Shown piece after piece: positions 12,420 to 25,400 of a DNA stretch of 64,000 nucleotides. The stretch comes from Escherichia coli (GTDB taxonomy: Bacteria; Pseudomonadota; Gammaproteobacteria; Enterobacterales; Enterobacteriaceae), in assembly GCF_003334355.1 (NCBI RefSeq), contig NZ_QOWP01000021.1. One strand, written 5' to 3'. The position numbers and the translations under genes are program-made. The notes beneath the pieces are model-generated. The model had not been told where the DNA came from and searched no databases. It saw nothing but the letters and a program-made list of their open reading frames with translations. The stretch's first letter is position 1, and each line of letters starts with the position of its first letter.

Positions 12420-13868
12420 TTAAAGACCGATGCACATATATTTGATTTCTAAGTAATCTTCGATGCCATACTTCGAACCTTCACGACCCAGACCCGAGGC
12501 TTTGATGCCGCCGAACGGGGCCACTTCATTGGAAATAATGCCGGTATTGATGCCGACGATGCCGTACTCCAGCGCTTCGCCCACGCGGAAGACGCGGCTT
12601 AAATCACGGGCGTAGAAATAGGCGGCAAGGCCAAACTCGGTGTCATTGGCTTGCGCAATCACATCAGCTTCATCTTTAAAGCGGAACAGCGGGGCGAGGG
12701 GGCCGAACGTCTCTTCTTTCGACACTTTGGCGTTGGCCGGAACGTCCACCAGAATGGTCGGCTGGAAGAAGTTGCCGCCGCGTTCGTGCGCTTTACCGCC
12801 GCAAACCACGCGCGCGCCTTTCTCCAGCGCATCGGCAATATGCTCTTCCACTTTTGCTACCGCTTTTTCATCGATCAGCGGCCCGATGGTGACGCCGTTA
12901 TCCAGCCCGTCGCCGATGTGCAGTTTGCTCACTGCCTGCTGCAATTTTTCGGCAAAACAGTCATACACGCCGTCCTGCACATACAGGCGGTTGGCGCAGA
13001 CGCAGGTTTGCCCGGCGTTGCGGAATTTCGAGGCCAGCGCGCCTTCCACGGCTTTGTCGAGGTCGGCATCGTCAAAGACGATAAACGGCGCGTTACCGCC
13101 CAGCTCCAGCGACACTTTCTTGATGTCTTTCGCGCACTGTTCCATTAACTGGCGGCCAATTTCGGTCGAACCGGTAAACGACAGTTTCCGCACCAGCGGG
13201 TTACTGGTCAGTTCGTTACCGACCGCGCCCGCCGAACCGGTGACCACGTTAAATACCCCAGCCGGAACGCCCGCGCGGATCGCCAGCTCCGCCAGCGCCA
13301 GCGCAGAGAACGGCGTCTGACTGGCGGGCTTCAGCACCATGGTGCAGCCTGCTGCCAGCGCCGGACCGGCTTTGCGGGTAATCATCGCCGCCGGGAAGTT
13401 CCACGGCGTGATAGCCGCGGTGACGCCAATCGGCTGCTTGATAACAATCAGGCGTTTATCGGCCTGATGACCAGGAATGGTGTCGCCATAAATGCGTTTG
13501 CCTTCTTCGGCAAACCACTCAATAAAGGAGGCGGCGTAGCTGATTTCGCCTTTCGCTTCGGCCAGTGGTTTACCCTGTTCGAGGGTCATCAGGCGCGCTA
13601 AATCGTCCTGATGCTCCATCATCAAATTGAACCAGTTGCGCAGAATGGTGGCGCGTTCTTTGGCGGTGAGCGCGCGCCAGGCGGGCAGGGCGCGGTTGGC
13701 GGCGTCGATAGCGGCGCGGGTTTCATCCGCGCCCATTTTCGGCACGCTACCCAGCTTGTCGCCGTTCGCCGGATTGGTGACGTCGATGGCTTCACCATTG
13801 TTGGCGTCCAGCCATTCCCCGTTAATCAACGCCTGCTGGCGGAATAAGTTACTGTCGTTAAGTTTCAT
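12420..13868 (-). CDS. gabD: Succinate-semialdehyde dehydrogenase GabD (NADP+)
   Basis: 482-aa ORF MKLNDSNLFRQQALINGEWLDA...; aldehyde dehydrogenase family. Confidence 0.95.
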   Translation of the reverse strand: MKLNDSNLFRQQALINGEWLDANNGEAIDVTNPANGDKLGSVPKMGADETRAAIDAANRALPAWRALTAKERATILRNWFNLMMEHQDDLARLMTLEQGKPLAEAKGEISYAASFIEWFAEEGKRIYGDTIPGHQADKRLIVIKQPIGVTAAITPWNFPAAMITRKAGPALAAGCTMVLKPASQTPFSALALAELAIRAGVPAGVFNVVTGSAGAVGNELTSNPLVRKLSFTGSTEIGRQLMEQCAKDIKKVSLELGGNAPFIVFDDADLDKAVEGALASKFRNAGQTCVCANRLYVQDGVYDCFAEKLQQAVSKLHIGDGLDNGVTIGPLIDEKAVAKVEEHIADALEKGARVVCGGKAHERGGNFFQPTILVDVPANAKVSKEETFGPLAPLFRFKDEADVIAQANDTEFGLAAYFYARDLSRVFRVGEALEYGIVGINTGIISNEVAPFGGIKASGLGREGSKYGIEDYLEIKYMCIGL

Positions 13869-13890
13869 CGCTACATCCTGTTTTCAAAGG

Positions 13891-15159
13891 TTATTGATTA
13901 AATGCGGCGTGTAAGGCATCCACACTACGTGCCGCTCGCAGCGTGCGTCCGGGGTTACTCTGGCTTGCCAACAGCGTTTGTACCTTGCTGACAATATGCG
14001 CACCAATAGGAATTGCTGATGTCGCTGCCGGGGAGGGCGCATTGCAGGTGTGGATCGTGCGCGGGGTGGTGACAAACAGAAAATCGTCAATCAGCTTGCC
14101 GTCCGGCGATACCGCCTGCGCCCGCACACCGGCGGGCCAGGGCTGGAGATCGCTTAACGAAAGCCGGGGACAATACTTTTGCACCAGCCGCAGATAGCCG
14201 CTTTTGCACAGCGAGTTTTTCATCTCGCCCAGTCCTGAGCGTAGATGGTTTTGCAGCACCCGGCGAATCCCCGACGAGCCCAAAATCTCCAGCGTGTCGC
14301 TAAATGAGAAGTCGCGCTTGCGATAGCCTTCGCGTTTGAAAGCCAGCACCGCGTTTGGCCCGACGGTCACGCTGCCGTCGATCATGCGGGTGAGATGAAC
14401 GCCCAAAAACGGCATTGCCGGGTCGGGAATGGGGTAAATCAGGTGGTTAACAATCTGGTTATGCTCCGGCGCAAGGCGGAAATACTCGCCACGGAACGGG
14501 CAGATGATAAAGCCCGGTTCGAGTCCGAGCATTTTCACCAGCCGGTCAGCCATCAGCCCGGAACAGCTAATCAGCGTTGATGCTTCATATTCGCCGCCCT
14601 GACGGGTACGTATCACCACGCCGTTTTTATGCTCATTAAGCCCGCTGACTTCGGCGTTATAGATAATTTCACCGCCTCTGGACTGGAAGATTTTTGCCAT
14701 CGCCGCCGTCACGTCGCGGTAGCTGACAATGCCGCTGGACGGCACAAAAATGCCGCCGAGCCCGGTGATATTCGGTTCGCGCTCGCGCAGTTCGTCGGCG
14801 TTAAGCCATTCGCGCTCGATACCGTTCGCCGCTGTGCGTTCCCATAAGGCGCGCATCCGTTCCATTTCGAGATCGGACGTGGCAACCAGCATCTTGCCGC
14901 AGTTGTCGTAGCGAATGCCGTTTTGATCGCAAAAGGCTTTGGTGGCGCGGTTTCCCGCCAGGCAAAACTGCGCCTTCAGGCTGCCGGGCGTGTAATAGAC
15001 CCCGGCATGGATCACGCCGCTGTTGTGGCCCGTCTGGTGACAGGCCGGGCCGGACTCTTTTTCCAGCAACGCAATGCGGGCGTCCGGATAGACATCAATT
15101 AGTTGCATGGCGGTCGACATGCCGATGATGCCGCCGCCAATAATCACAAAATCATACAT
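13891..15159 (-). CDS. lhgO: L-2-hydroxyglutarate oxidase/dehydrogenase LhgO (YgaF)
   Basis: ORF track 444 aa; start set at MYDFVIIGGGIIGMSTAMQL, which places the FAD GxGxxG motif at the N-terminus (422 aa). Confidence 0.9.
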   Translation of the reverse strand: MYDFVIIGGGIIGMSTAMQLIDVYPDARIALLEKESGPACHQTGHNSGVIHAGVYYTPGSLKAQFCLAGNRATKAFCDQNGIRYDNCGKMLVATSDLEMERMRALWERTAANGIEREWLNADELREREPNITGLGGIFVPSSGIVSYRDVTAAMAKIFQSRGGEIIYNAEVSGLNEHKNGVVIRTRQGGEYEASTLISCSGLMADRLVKMLGLEPGFIICPFRGEYFRLAPEHNQIVNHLIYPIPDPAMPFLGVHLTRMIDGSVTVGPNAVLAFKREGYRKRDFSFSDTLEILGSSGIRRVLQNHLRSGLGEMKNSLCKSGYLRLVQKYCPRLSLSDLQPWPAGVRAQAVSPDGKLIDDFLFVTTPRTIHTCNAPSPAATSAIPIGAHIVSKVQTLLASQSNPGRTLRAARSVDALHAAFNQ

Positions 15160-15178
15160 CCGCTCAATTCCTTTGCGC

Positions 15179-16270
<1,092 letters not shown>

Positions 16271-16491
16271 TTATTGTGATCAAAAGCAACAAATTAGTAA
16301 CATTTAACGTAGGGTATTAAGGCAAAGTGAGACAGGAAATGAATAACTAAAGCAACAGGTTAGGGGGAGTTAACATTAGAGAACAGATTATCTGGTCGAT
16401 AAAAAACAGTAAATGGCTTCACTGCAAAATGACCGTTAGTAAACTAAACATATTATCTGCCCCGTTTTATCGGGGCAGATATAACATTAAA

Positions 16492-18744
16492 TTATAAATA
16501 GAGATAGTTCGGCGGTTCTCCTGTTTTCCCTAAAAGAAGAGCGCTACGCCCAGGAATATTGATATTTAGAGTTCCGCCTCTAAGCGTAAATACTTTACCA
16601 GGAGGGATAATTTTTCGGGTATTATTAATAATAATGTTAACGCTATTACTCCCCATGTTTTTGTATATTCCAGGTTGCAATTTGTTAGGCCAGGTACCTT
16701 CAACTTCTTCGTTTCCTTTATTTATTATAACTAGTCCATCATGAGGAGAGTGATTAATGTTCACAGAATCCCCACGACTAAAGGCCAGAACGTTTTTAGT
16801 TGCAGATACACCCTCAAATGCGCTCCATATTCCTGCTTTATCTATATATAATGCGTGGAATTCATTGTAGAGCTGCTGATAGGTAGAGCAACCTTTATTA
16901 AGCTACGCCTCACCGCCGACACGCGTGGACCCATCATAATTTTTAATTTCAGTCGTTGATTTTAATACTTGGCCATCCCAGTAAACTAAAGGCCTGCTGA
17001 ACGGCAGAGCGGCTATATATGCCATTGCTAATTGTTCATCTTGTTGATGGTTAAATAGAAAGTCATTGAAAAGATTACCATTGTTAGGAAAATCGTGGTT
17101 AATGTTAATCAATATCCGTCTTTCTGATGGGATACTTGAGATTGTGGAACCCGGTTTTGATGCAAGGGTTTGAAGATCTCCACCAAATGAAAAGGCTTTT
17201 ATCGTTTTCATGAGCAATGAAAAATCAATGGCGCTTAAATCATCTCTTTCATAAAGCAGTGATGACATTTGTTGTTCATCCAACTGACAAGTTACCAGAT
17301 ATTCCATGTAATTCATAACGGCTTTTTTATGATATTTTGGGTTAAATAAGTTAGTATTGTGTAACCGCTCATTATAATTTTTAAGCGGTGGGGTTATTGA
17401 TCTTTCTATTTGTTCATGTTTTGAGTGTTTTGCCGCATCATAACGTAAACCTCGTACGCCATATTTTCGCATTTCACGAACGTATTGATTTTGCAACATA
17501 ATAACCTGGTCACTTTTGGGTGTTGTTTTAGGCATTCCATTTAAACGCTTTTCTTTTAATGCATGGAGGTTTTCCCATTCATCCTTAGAGATGTTATCTT
17601 TACTTGCTTCGAAGTCTTTTGCAGTGAGATGTATATCTTCTGGATGGATTTGTTTACGTTCTTTTGTTACTGGATCTTTAATGAATGGAATCAAAACCTG
17701 ACCTTGCTAATAGCCAGGGATACCACCTTCTATATCTTTACTGATCTTCGCTCGTATATCAGCAAAGGGATAATCCAGGTCATTTTTACCACTACCCCCA
17801 ATTCCCATAAAGTTAAAGGTATAATCAGGAATGATATCGATACCAAATTTTTTAGCATCTTTAACCAATGCAATAAAATCCTGCAAATCTCCCATTGGAT
17901 TATGGATGGTACAAAGATCTTCGGATTGATAAGCATGAAACCAGTAACCCTTTTCTTCTTCGGGAGTTTCTGGTCCGTCGGCGCGGAAAGTTGTCACTGG
18001 AGGGATTTGTATATACCCATAATGGCAACGTGCAAATTCAGACATATTTTCTCTGATCTGCTGGTAGGTGGCATTAAAAGCATGAAGAATCGCTTCGCCA
18101 GGTTTTTTGGGGGTGATGATTTCACATTGTGATTTCTGAACAGCAGTAAGAGATTTACGCTCAAGTGTTTGCCGTAGATGTTCTAGATTGATTAATATTT
18201 TAAATGTTTCTTGCTGTCCGGAAGGTGACGTCACGTTAATATTATATACATCGGCTGCCAGCTCATAGTCAGGAATGTTAATAGCATATGCAACATATTT
18301 ATCTTTTGGGGAAGGTTTGTCAGATATAATGTGGGTGAAATTTTCAGCACGACCATACTGATAAACACCGCTGTTATCACCTCTTTCAATCATTGTATCT
18401 CGTTGATAAACCTATGTTTTTCTTTCTCCTATCCTGTCTGGCGCTGTAATGCTACGCTGTGCTGCTTTATTCAACTCTCGGTAAGTTGTATCTGGAGAAA
18501 GGGAAATTTTATAATCGTTTTTTAACAGATCATTAATAACTTTTTCTGCGTGAAAAGTTGATATAATTTCTCTGTCTTTTAATCCTTGAGGGTAAACTCC
18601 ACAAGAATTAATAATATTTGTTATACAGTTTAGATATTCTAATGTATTTAATTTGGAATTTAGATCCCCGTCAGTAATGTTCCATGATAACAATGTGGGG
18701 TTGTCGATAGGTAAATTTCTGGGTCCTGGTTTTATAGAAAACAT
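16492..18744 (-). pseudogene. ygaQ: Fragmented glycoside-hydrolase-like pseudogene (ygaQ-like), split across several frames
   Basis: Four consecutive same-strand ORFs (18412-18744, 17707-18393, 16903-17694, 16492-16764) with short gaps indicate frameshifts/stops; ygaQ lies next to ileY in K-12 (recollection). GH13 family assignment is uncertain. Confidence 0.6.
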
Positions 18745-19292
18745 AATAAAGTTCCTCTAATGGTAGAGTAATATGATGTATACGGAAACATAAAAATGTT
18801 TAATTGTTGTGAAAGTAATTGCAAACAGATGTCCTACTTTTATCCAATATTTATATGGAAAAGGATAATGCTTAAATCTGTTTTATTAATTATCGATGTG
18901 GTCTGGAGAGGCAACTGTCAAAAATCGCTCATACGAAACTAATGATTAGCAGAATAAGATCTATGAAAGAATATATTGCTATACGAAGTTTATTTTTATG
19001 GAGTGAAAAGTAACAGATATCATAATGATGCGAAAACTCTTCAGCTAATGTAATAAAGTTATATTATTAGATACAAAGTATCATTGAATCGATGATAACT
19101 ATAGATAGTGCTAATTATTAACATTTGCTTGTTGACTGCGAGTATCGACTTTGCGAATGGAGGCGGTGTCGGGTTTTATGTCGCGTGTAATCACGACCCA
19201 AGGTGAATGGGAACGCATAAAAATCTGTTATTTACATCATATGATCATCATGTTTATTGCGTGGTTTATAAGTATTGTTATTGCACACTCAA

Positions 19293-19368
19293 GGCCCTTT
19301 AGCTCAGTGGTTAGAGCAGGCGACTCATAATCGCTTGGTCGCTGGTTCAAGTCCAGCAAGGGCCACCA
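19293..19368 (+). tRNA. ileY: tRNA with CAU anticodon (ileY-type tRNA-Ile2 / annotated Met-like), 76 nt with encoded CCA
   Basis: GGCCCTTTAGCTCAGTGGTTAGAGCAGGCGACTCATAATCGC...GGTTCAAGTCCAGCAAGGGCCACCA; 7-bp acceptor stem pairs, anticodon loop CT-CAT-AA, T-loop GGTTCAAGTCC. Confidence 0.9.
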
Positions 19369-20117
19369 AATCATTATTTACGTATCAGGAAGAGTTAAGG
19401 GTACAAGGGGTACTCGATGGCGGTCTATATTTCATGACTAACGCCATTTCAAGGAAGAAGTGCGGTGGGTGGTTTCGAATGAGGGCTGGTGTTTTGGTAC
19501 GTGGCACGCCACTGCAATGTATTTATCCATCAGTACTCATTCAAAAGTACCTGGAAAAAATGCCTGCTATGCCAAGCGGGCAAATTGCTTACATGTGGAA
19601 TTAAGTAATTAACGATAAAGCCAGAGTATTATCATTTATTATACCCCTTCATTTAATCAGGTTAATTACTCAAATCACTGAACTATTCTCTGTTCGCTCA
19701 CTGATGATAAGTGAGTACCACAACCAATGTATGTAGAACAATGCCGTAGAGTAAGGATGAAATGTCTCTGCCACGCCTTAAACATCTACTACTGACCAGA
19801 ACACCCGCCGCAGGCAGATGAGTTTTGTGAGCGTTACAGGAGCGTGGCTATGCTCATTAACCAACGCTATTGAGATATAAATTTCTAACACTTGAAAAAC
19901 GATTTTCACTAATAAATTATAACGGTTTTTTTTATCATACAGCGAAATAACCTTTTGTTTATTAAATTTAACATTCCTGTGCTAATTTAATTAAAAGTTC
20001 CATGCGTAGCAAGTGAAGCAGTTAATGTCAGTAATTGTCTCAAATGAGCGTTTTTTATAGTGACAAACAGTAATAACATTAAAAATAGCCATGTAGACAT
20101 TAATTGAGGAATAGACA

Positions 20118-20600
20118 ATGTTAGTTAGTAAAAGCAACGGATTTAACGCTAGCGCAGTTTTGGGTAGTGGAAGTTATAATGAAAATAAATCTTCTAAACA
20201 CATGGAGCTACTAGCTCATAGTATTTTAAAATTAATTTGTAAGGAAGCTGCATCAGAGACGTATCGCGGTGCTCTTGAAACTTTACAAAAAATGATGTCT
20301 GAATGTATATATCAAGAAGGCAACGCCTTTGTCATTATGGGAGCTGGAGAACAATTAAAACGTATTAAATATGAAGTTGGTGAAAATAACTTAAAGGTAT
20401 TCAACGTACACTTTAATAATAATCACGAGTTAGTTAGTTCTGGTGAGCCTGACGTAATATGTTTAAGCAAGCAGGTCTGGGAAAATCTTCTCATTAAACT
20501 AAAGCTGGAAAACAATGAAAATGTGTTTTCTGAAACTAAAAAATTATCGAATAAAAATAATGCCGATCAGTTTTTTGAATGCGCTAAAAGAAATGAATAG
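20118..20600 (+). CDS. Hypothetical protein in AT-rich island remnant (ypjC-like position)
   Basis: 160-aa ORF with RBS gagga 7 nt upstream of ATG; AT-rich codon usage; no recognisable motifs. Confidence 0.5.
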   Translation: MLVSKSNGFNASAVLGSGSYNENKSSKHMELLAHSILKLICKEAASETYRGALETLQKMMSECIYQEGNAFVIMGAGEQLKRIKYEVGENNLKVFNVHFNNNHELVSSGEPDVICLSKQVWENLLIKLKLENNENVFSETKKLSNKNNADQFFECAKRNE

Positions 20601-20699
20601 AACCTTTTCGATAATATAAGAAAAAGTGATTTTCATGTTGGTTTACTTAAGCCAAGTAGTACGCGTAGTGTTATTTTAGAAACGCCGCCAAATGTCTGT

Positions 20700-21491
20700 A
20701 TGGAATCACGTAATTCATATGAAAACAAAATAGATGAGATTTCATCTTTGTCAGAGTCAAAGGAACACCCCATAGATATTCAAGAAAAAAAAGATGCGTT
20801 TGTGAATGAGTTCAAGGGGGTATTATTTGATAAAAATACAAGGTCTTCAGAGCTTCTGTTTAATTTTTATGAGTGTTGCTATAAGTTTTTACCAAGAGCT
20901 CAGCCTCAAGATAAAATCGATAGCTATAATTCAGCACTGCAAGCTTTTTCCATTTTTTGTTCATCTACGTTGACACATAATAATATAGGCTTTGATTTCA
21001 AATTATTTCCTGAAGTCAAGCTGTCTGGAGAACATCTTGAAACGGTATTCAAATACAAAAATGGCGATGATGTCCGGGAGATAGCCAAAATTAACATTAC
21101 TCTCCAAAAAGAAGAGGGTGGTTTATATAATTTACGTGGATTGGATTTTAAGGGGTGCTTCTTTTCTGGACAGAACTTCAGTAACTATGATATTCAATAT
21201 GTGAACTGGGGAACGTCATTGTTTGATGTTGATACTCCGTGTATTTTTAATGCGCCTGCTTACAACAAGAGTAATGAAAAATCATTAAAACCTGTGAGCG
21301 AAAACGGTTTAAGTGGAGTATTGACTGATCGTAATAATAAAATAAAACTCATCACGGGCGTGGCACCATTCGATGATATTTTATTTATGGATGATGACTT
21401 TGATGATAGTTCCTCTGAGGATGATCCCGTTGAGAATAGTCCTGTTGTGACTAGTCCCGTTGTATCAAGTTCTAAAAGCAGTTTTCAATGA
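20700..21491 (+). CDS. ypjB: Hypothetical protein, YpjB-like (263 aa)
   Basis: 263-aa ORF; size and position between ileY and the autotransporter match K-12 ypjB (recollection); acidic C-terminus DDDFDDSSSEDDPVENSP. Confidence 0.55.
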   Translation: MESRNSYENKIDEISSLSESKEHPIDIQEKKDAFVNEFKGVLFDKNTRSSELLFNFYECCYKFLPRAQPQDKIDSYNSALQAFSIFCSSTLTHNNIGFDFKLFPEVKLSGEHLETVFKYKNGDDVREIAKINITLQKEEGGLYNLRGLDFKGCFFSGQNFSNYDIQYVNWGTSLFDVDTPCIFNAPAYNKSNEKSLKPVSENGLSGVLTDRNNKIKLITGVAPFDDILFMDDDFDDSSSEDDPVENSPVVTSPVVSSSKSSFQ

Positions 21492-21900
21492 TTAATAAAT
21501 GGCAATTTTTACAAAGAGATAATAACGTAGATTGAAACAATATGTATTATTGATTGAGTAAACGGGATTATTCTTCACACTACATCCATTTTAGTGTCAC
21601 TACCAAAGAAAAAGGGGCTACGTTTTCATGTAACCCCTTGATTTATTTGGTGGGCTGGCAGTGACTGAATTGGTGCTGTAATTGGTTGAAATATTTCATC
21701 TAATGTCTGGTTCAACTTTCCTTAGCTGCCTGAAAGTTTTTTGATCTTACCCAGCAATAACAGCGTTACGGTGCACCACGCCTGACTGAAGAACTGCGTG
21801 CTCAGGGTTACCACTTCAACGTAAAACCGTGGCAGGAGGTCCGGACTGAAAAAACTGGTCAGGACATCATCGGCAGGGAACGCACTGCTAGTCTGTAAAC

Positions 21901-22063
21901 TGAACCGACTGGGGCGCAGTATGTGGCATCTTGTCGTGCAGTTGGAGGAGCTGTGCGAACGTGGTATTAACTTTCGTGCTCTGGCCCAATCTATATTTGC
22001 CCAACAATGGGGGGACGAATGCTGTAAAAGTAAAACAATCTGCGATCTCAAAGTTATTGTGTG
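21901..22063 (+). pseudogene. pinH: Serine recombinase (DNA invertase Pin/Hin family) fragment, pinH-like remnant
   Basis: In-frame translation LNRLGRSMWHLVVQLEELCERGINFRALAQSI matches the conserved invertase core (KLDRLGRSM...RGI.F.SL); no intact N-terminal catalytic domain or start. Confidence 0.5.
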
Positions 22064-22402
22064 ATTTTTATGTGAGCAGAAGATATTCATCAGAAACGAT
22101 TATGTAAATCATTTTATTTTGCCAACGGCCTCATTGTCGAAAGAAAAGAATACGCCCGTATTTCCTGAATGGATTGACTTTTTTATCCAACCACACTTCA
22201 GCGCACTGCGTTTAAAAAATGCCTCATTCTTATGCGGAATATCATCATTTCATCATGATGTCTTTGATGAGCGGTGAACACAATACACTTGCGCTGTCTC
22301 TTCAGGATGAATCCCCTGGTCTGGTGCCTGTGGGCTGATGTTGCAGCAAAGCTAAGGTCGCTTAAACGCTACTCAGTATTCACTTTTCAGAGGATGAAAT
22401 TT

Positions 22403-25400
22403 ATGAACAGGACCAGTCCCTATTATTGTCGCCGCTCAGTACTTTCCTTATTGATATCTGCCTTGATATATGCCCCGCCCGGGATGGCTGCCTTCACTAC
22501 TAATGTTATTGGTGTGGTAAACGATGAGACTGTAGATGGCAACCAAAAAGTGGATGAACGAGGTACAACAAATAACACTCATATTATCAACCATGGCCAG
22601 CAGAATGTTCATGGCGGGGTATCTAATGGAAGTCTTATTGAATCTGGTGGATATCAAGATATAGGAAGTCATAACAATTTTGTGGGGCAGGCTAATAATA
22701 CAACCATTAACGGTGGCAGACAGTCAATTCATGACGGGGGTATTTCCACAGGTACGACAATCGAGAGTGGCAATCAGGACGTTTATAAAGGGGGTATCAG
22801 CAATGGAACGACAATTAAGGGCGGTGCTTCACGCGTAGAGGGAGGGAGTGCGAATGGAATACTCATTGATGGTGGTAGCCAGATAGTAAAAGTTCAAGGG
22901 CATGCTGATGGTACAACGATAAATAAGTCTGGCTCTCAGGACATCACGCAAGGAAGTCTGACAACGAACACAACCATAAATGGTGGTCGACAGTATGTTG
23001 AACAGAGCACAGTAGAAACAACCACCATTAAAAATGGCGGTGAGCAAAGAGTATATGAGAGCCGTGCGCTGGACACGACGATTGAAGGCGGAACTCAGTC
23101 TCTGAATAGTAAGTCAACGGCAAAAAATACGCATATCTATTCTGGTGGCACGCAAATTGTTGATAACACCAGCACCTCGGATGTTATTGAAGTTTATTCT
23201 GGTGGCGTGCTTGATGTTAGTGGTGGTACGGCAACAAATGTTACCCAGCACGATGGTGCAATTTTAAAAACTAACACTAACGGTACGACGGTGAGCGGTA
23301 CGAATAGTGAAGGTGCATTCTCCATCCACAATAAAGTGGCAGACAATGTGTTGCTGAAAAATGGAGGCCATTTAGAAGTATCTCATTCCGCAAACAAGAC
23401 GATTATTAAAGATAAAGGAACAATGTCAGTTTTAACCAATGCTAAAGCTGATGCGACCCGAATAGATAATGGCGGGGTTATGGATGTTGCAGGAAACGCG
23501 ACAAATACCATAATTAATGGTGGCACACAGAATATTAATAATTATGGCATAGCCACAGGCACCAATATCAACAGCGTAACGCAAAATATCAAAAGCGGCG
23601 GGAAAGCTGACACAACAATTATATCCTCCGGGAGCCGGCAGGTTGTTGAGAAAGATGGTACGGCAATTGGCAGCAATATTAGCGCCGGAGGCTCGCTGAT
23701 TGTCTATACCGGCGGTATTGCACATGGGGTTAACCAGGAGACGGGCAGTGCTTTAGTTGCCAACACGGGCGCAGGGACTGATATCGAAGGATACAACAAG
23801 CTCTCTCACTTCACTATTACCGGAGGGGAGGCTAATTATGTTGTGCTGGAAAATACCGGCGAACTGACGGTAGTGGCTAAAACCTCGGCGAAAAATACCA
23901 CCGTTGATGCTGGCGGTAAACTGATCGTCCAGAAGGAGGCCAAAACAGATACCACCAGACTTAACAATGGCGGCATTCTGGAGGTTCAGGACGGTGGAGA
24001 GGCTAAGCATGTAGAGCAACAATCCGGCGGCGCATTAATTGCTTCCACGACTTCCGGAACACTTATCGAAGGAACCAACAGTTATGGTGATGCTTTCTAC
24101 ATCAGGAATTCAGAAGCTAAAAATGTAGTGCTGGAAAACGCTGGCTCATTAACAGTCGTCACTGGTTCCCGGGCAGTTGATACGATTATTAATGCCAACG
24201 GCAAAATGGATGTTTATGGAAAAGATGTTGGCACTGTACTTAATAGTTCTGGCACCCAAACAATATATGCCAGTGCCACTTCTGATAAAGCAAATATCAA
24301 AGGTGGCAAGCAAACGGTATATGGTTTAGCCACTGAGGCAAATATCGAAAGTGGTGAACAAATTGTTGATGGTGGGTCAACAGATAAAACACACATCAAT
24401 GGTGGCACGCAAACCGTTCAGAATTATGGTAAGGCGATCAATACCGATATCGTCTCTGGCCTACAACAAATTGTGGCAAACGGGACAGCGGAAGATTCCA
24501 TTATTAATGGCGGTTCACAGGTAGTTAATGAGGGCGGTCTGGCTGAAAACTCGGTGCTTAATGACGGCGGCACACTCGATGTGCGGGAGCAAGGCAGCGC
24601 AACGGGGATACAGCAGAGTAGCCAGGGCGCGTTGGTTGCAACCACCAGGGCGACGCGGGTCACAGGGACACGCGCTGATGGCGTCGCGTTCAGCATCGAG
24701 CAGGATGCGGCGAACAATATCCTGCTGGCAAATGGCGGCGTGTTAACCGTGGAGTCAGACACCACTTCCGCCAAAACACAGGTCAATGCGGGCGGTCGGG
24801 AGATCGTCAAAACAAAAGCCACTGCGACAGGCACGACGCTCACCGGCGGCGAACAAATCGTCGAGGGGGTGGCGAATGAGACAACAATTAACGACGGCGG
24901 AATACAAACAGTTTCAGCTAACGGAGAGGCAATAAAAACAAAGATCAATGAAGGCGGTACGCTGACAGTCAACGATAATGGCAAAGCGACAGATATCGTC
25001 CAGAACAGCGGTGCCGCTCTCCAGACGAGCACGGCTAACGGTATTGAAATCAGCGGTACTCACCAGTACGGTACTTTTTCCATTTCCGGCAATTTAGCGA
25101 CCAATATGTTGCTGGAAAATGGCGGTAATTTATTGGTATTAGCAGGTACCGAAGCTCGCGACTCCACGGTTGGCAAGGGTGGGGCAATGCAAAACCTGGG
25201 TCAGGACTCCGCCACAAAGGTTAACTCTGGCGGGCAATATACCCTTGGGCGGTCAAAAGATGAGTTTCAGGCTCTGGCCCGGGCAGAAGATCTCCAGGTC
25301 GCTGGCGGTACGGCAATCGTCTACGCAGGTACGCTGGCGGATGCATCGGTCAGTGGCGCGACAGGAAGCCTGTCGTTAATGACGCCACGGGATAATGTTA

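Noticed and set aside
19275-19604. 109-aa ORF in the six-frame track overlapping the tRNA gene
   Set aside because: It reads straight through the tRNA ileY sequence (19293-19368) and has no RBS; the tRNA structure explains the region.
21722-22090. 122-aa minus-strand ORF over the invertase fragment
   Set aside because: The plus-strand frame carries the recognisable invertase motif (RLGRSM...GINF); the minus-strand ORF has no homology cues and is probably spurious.
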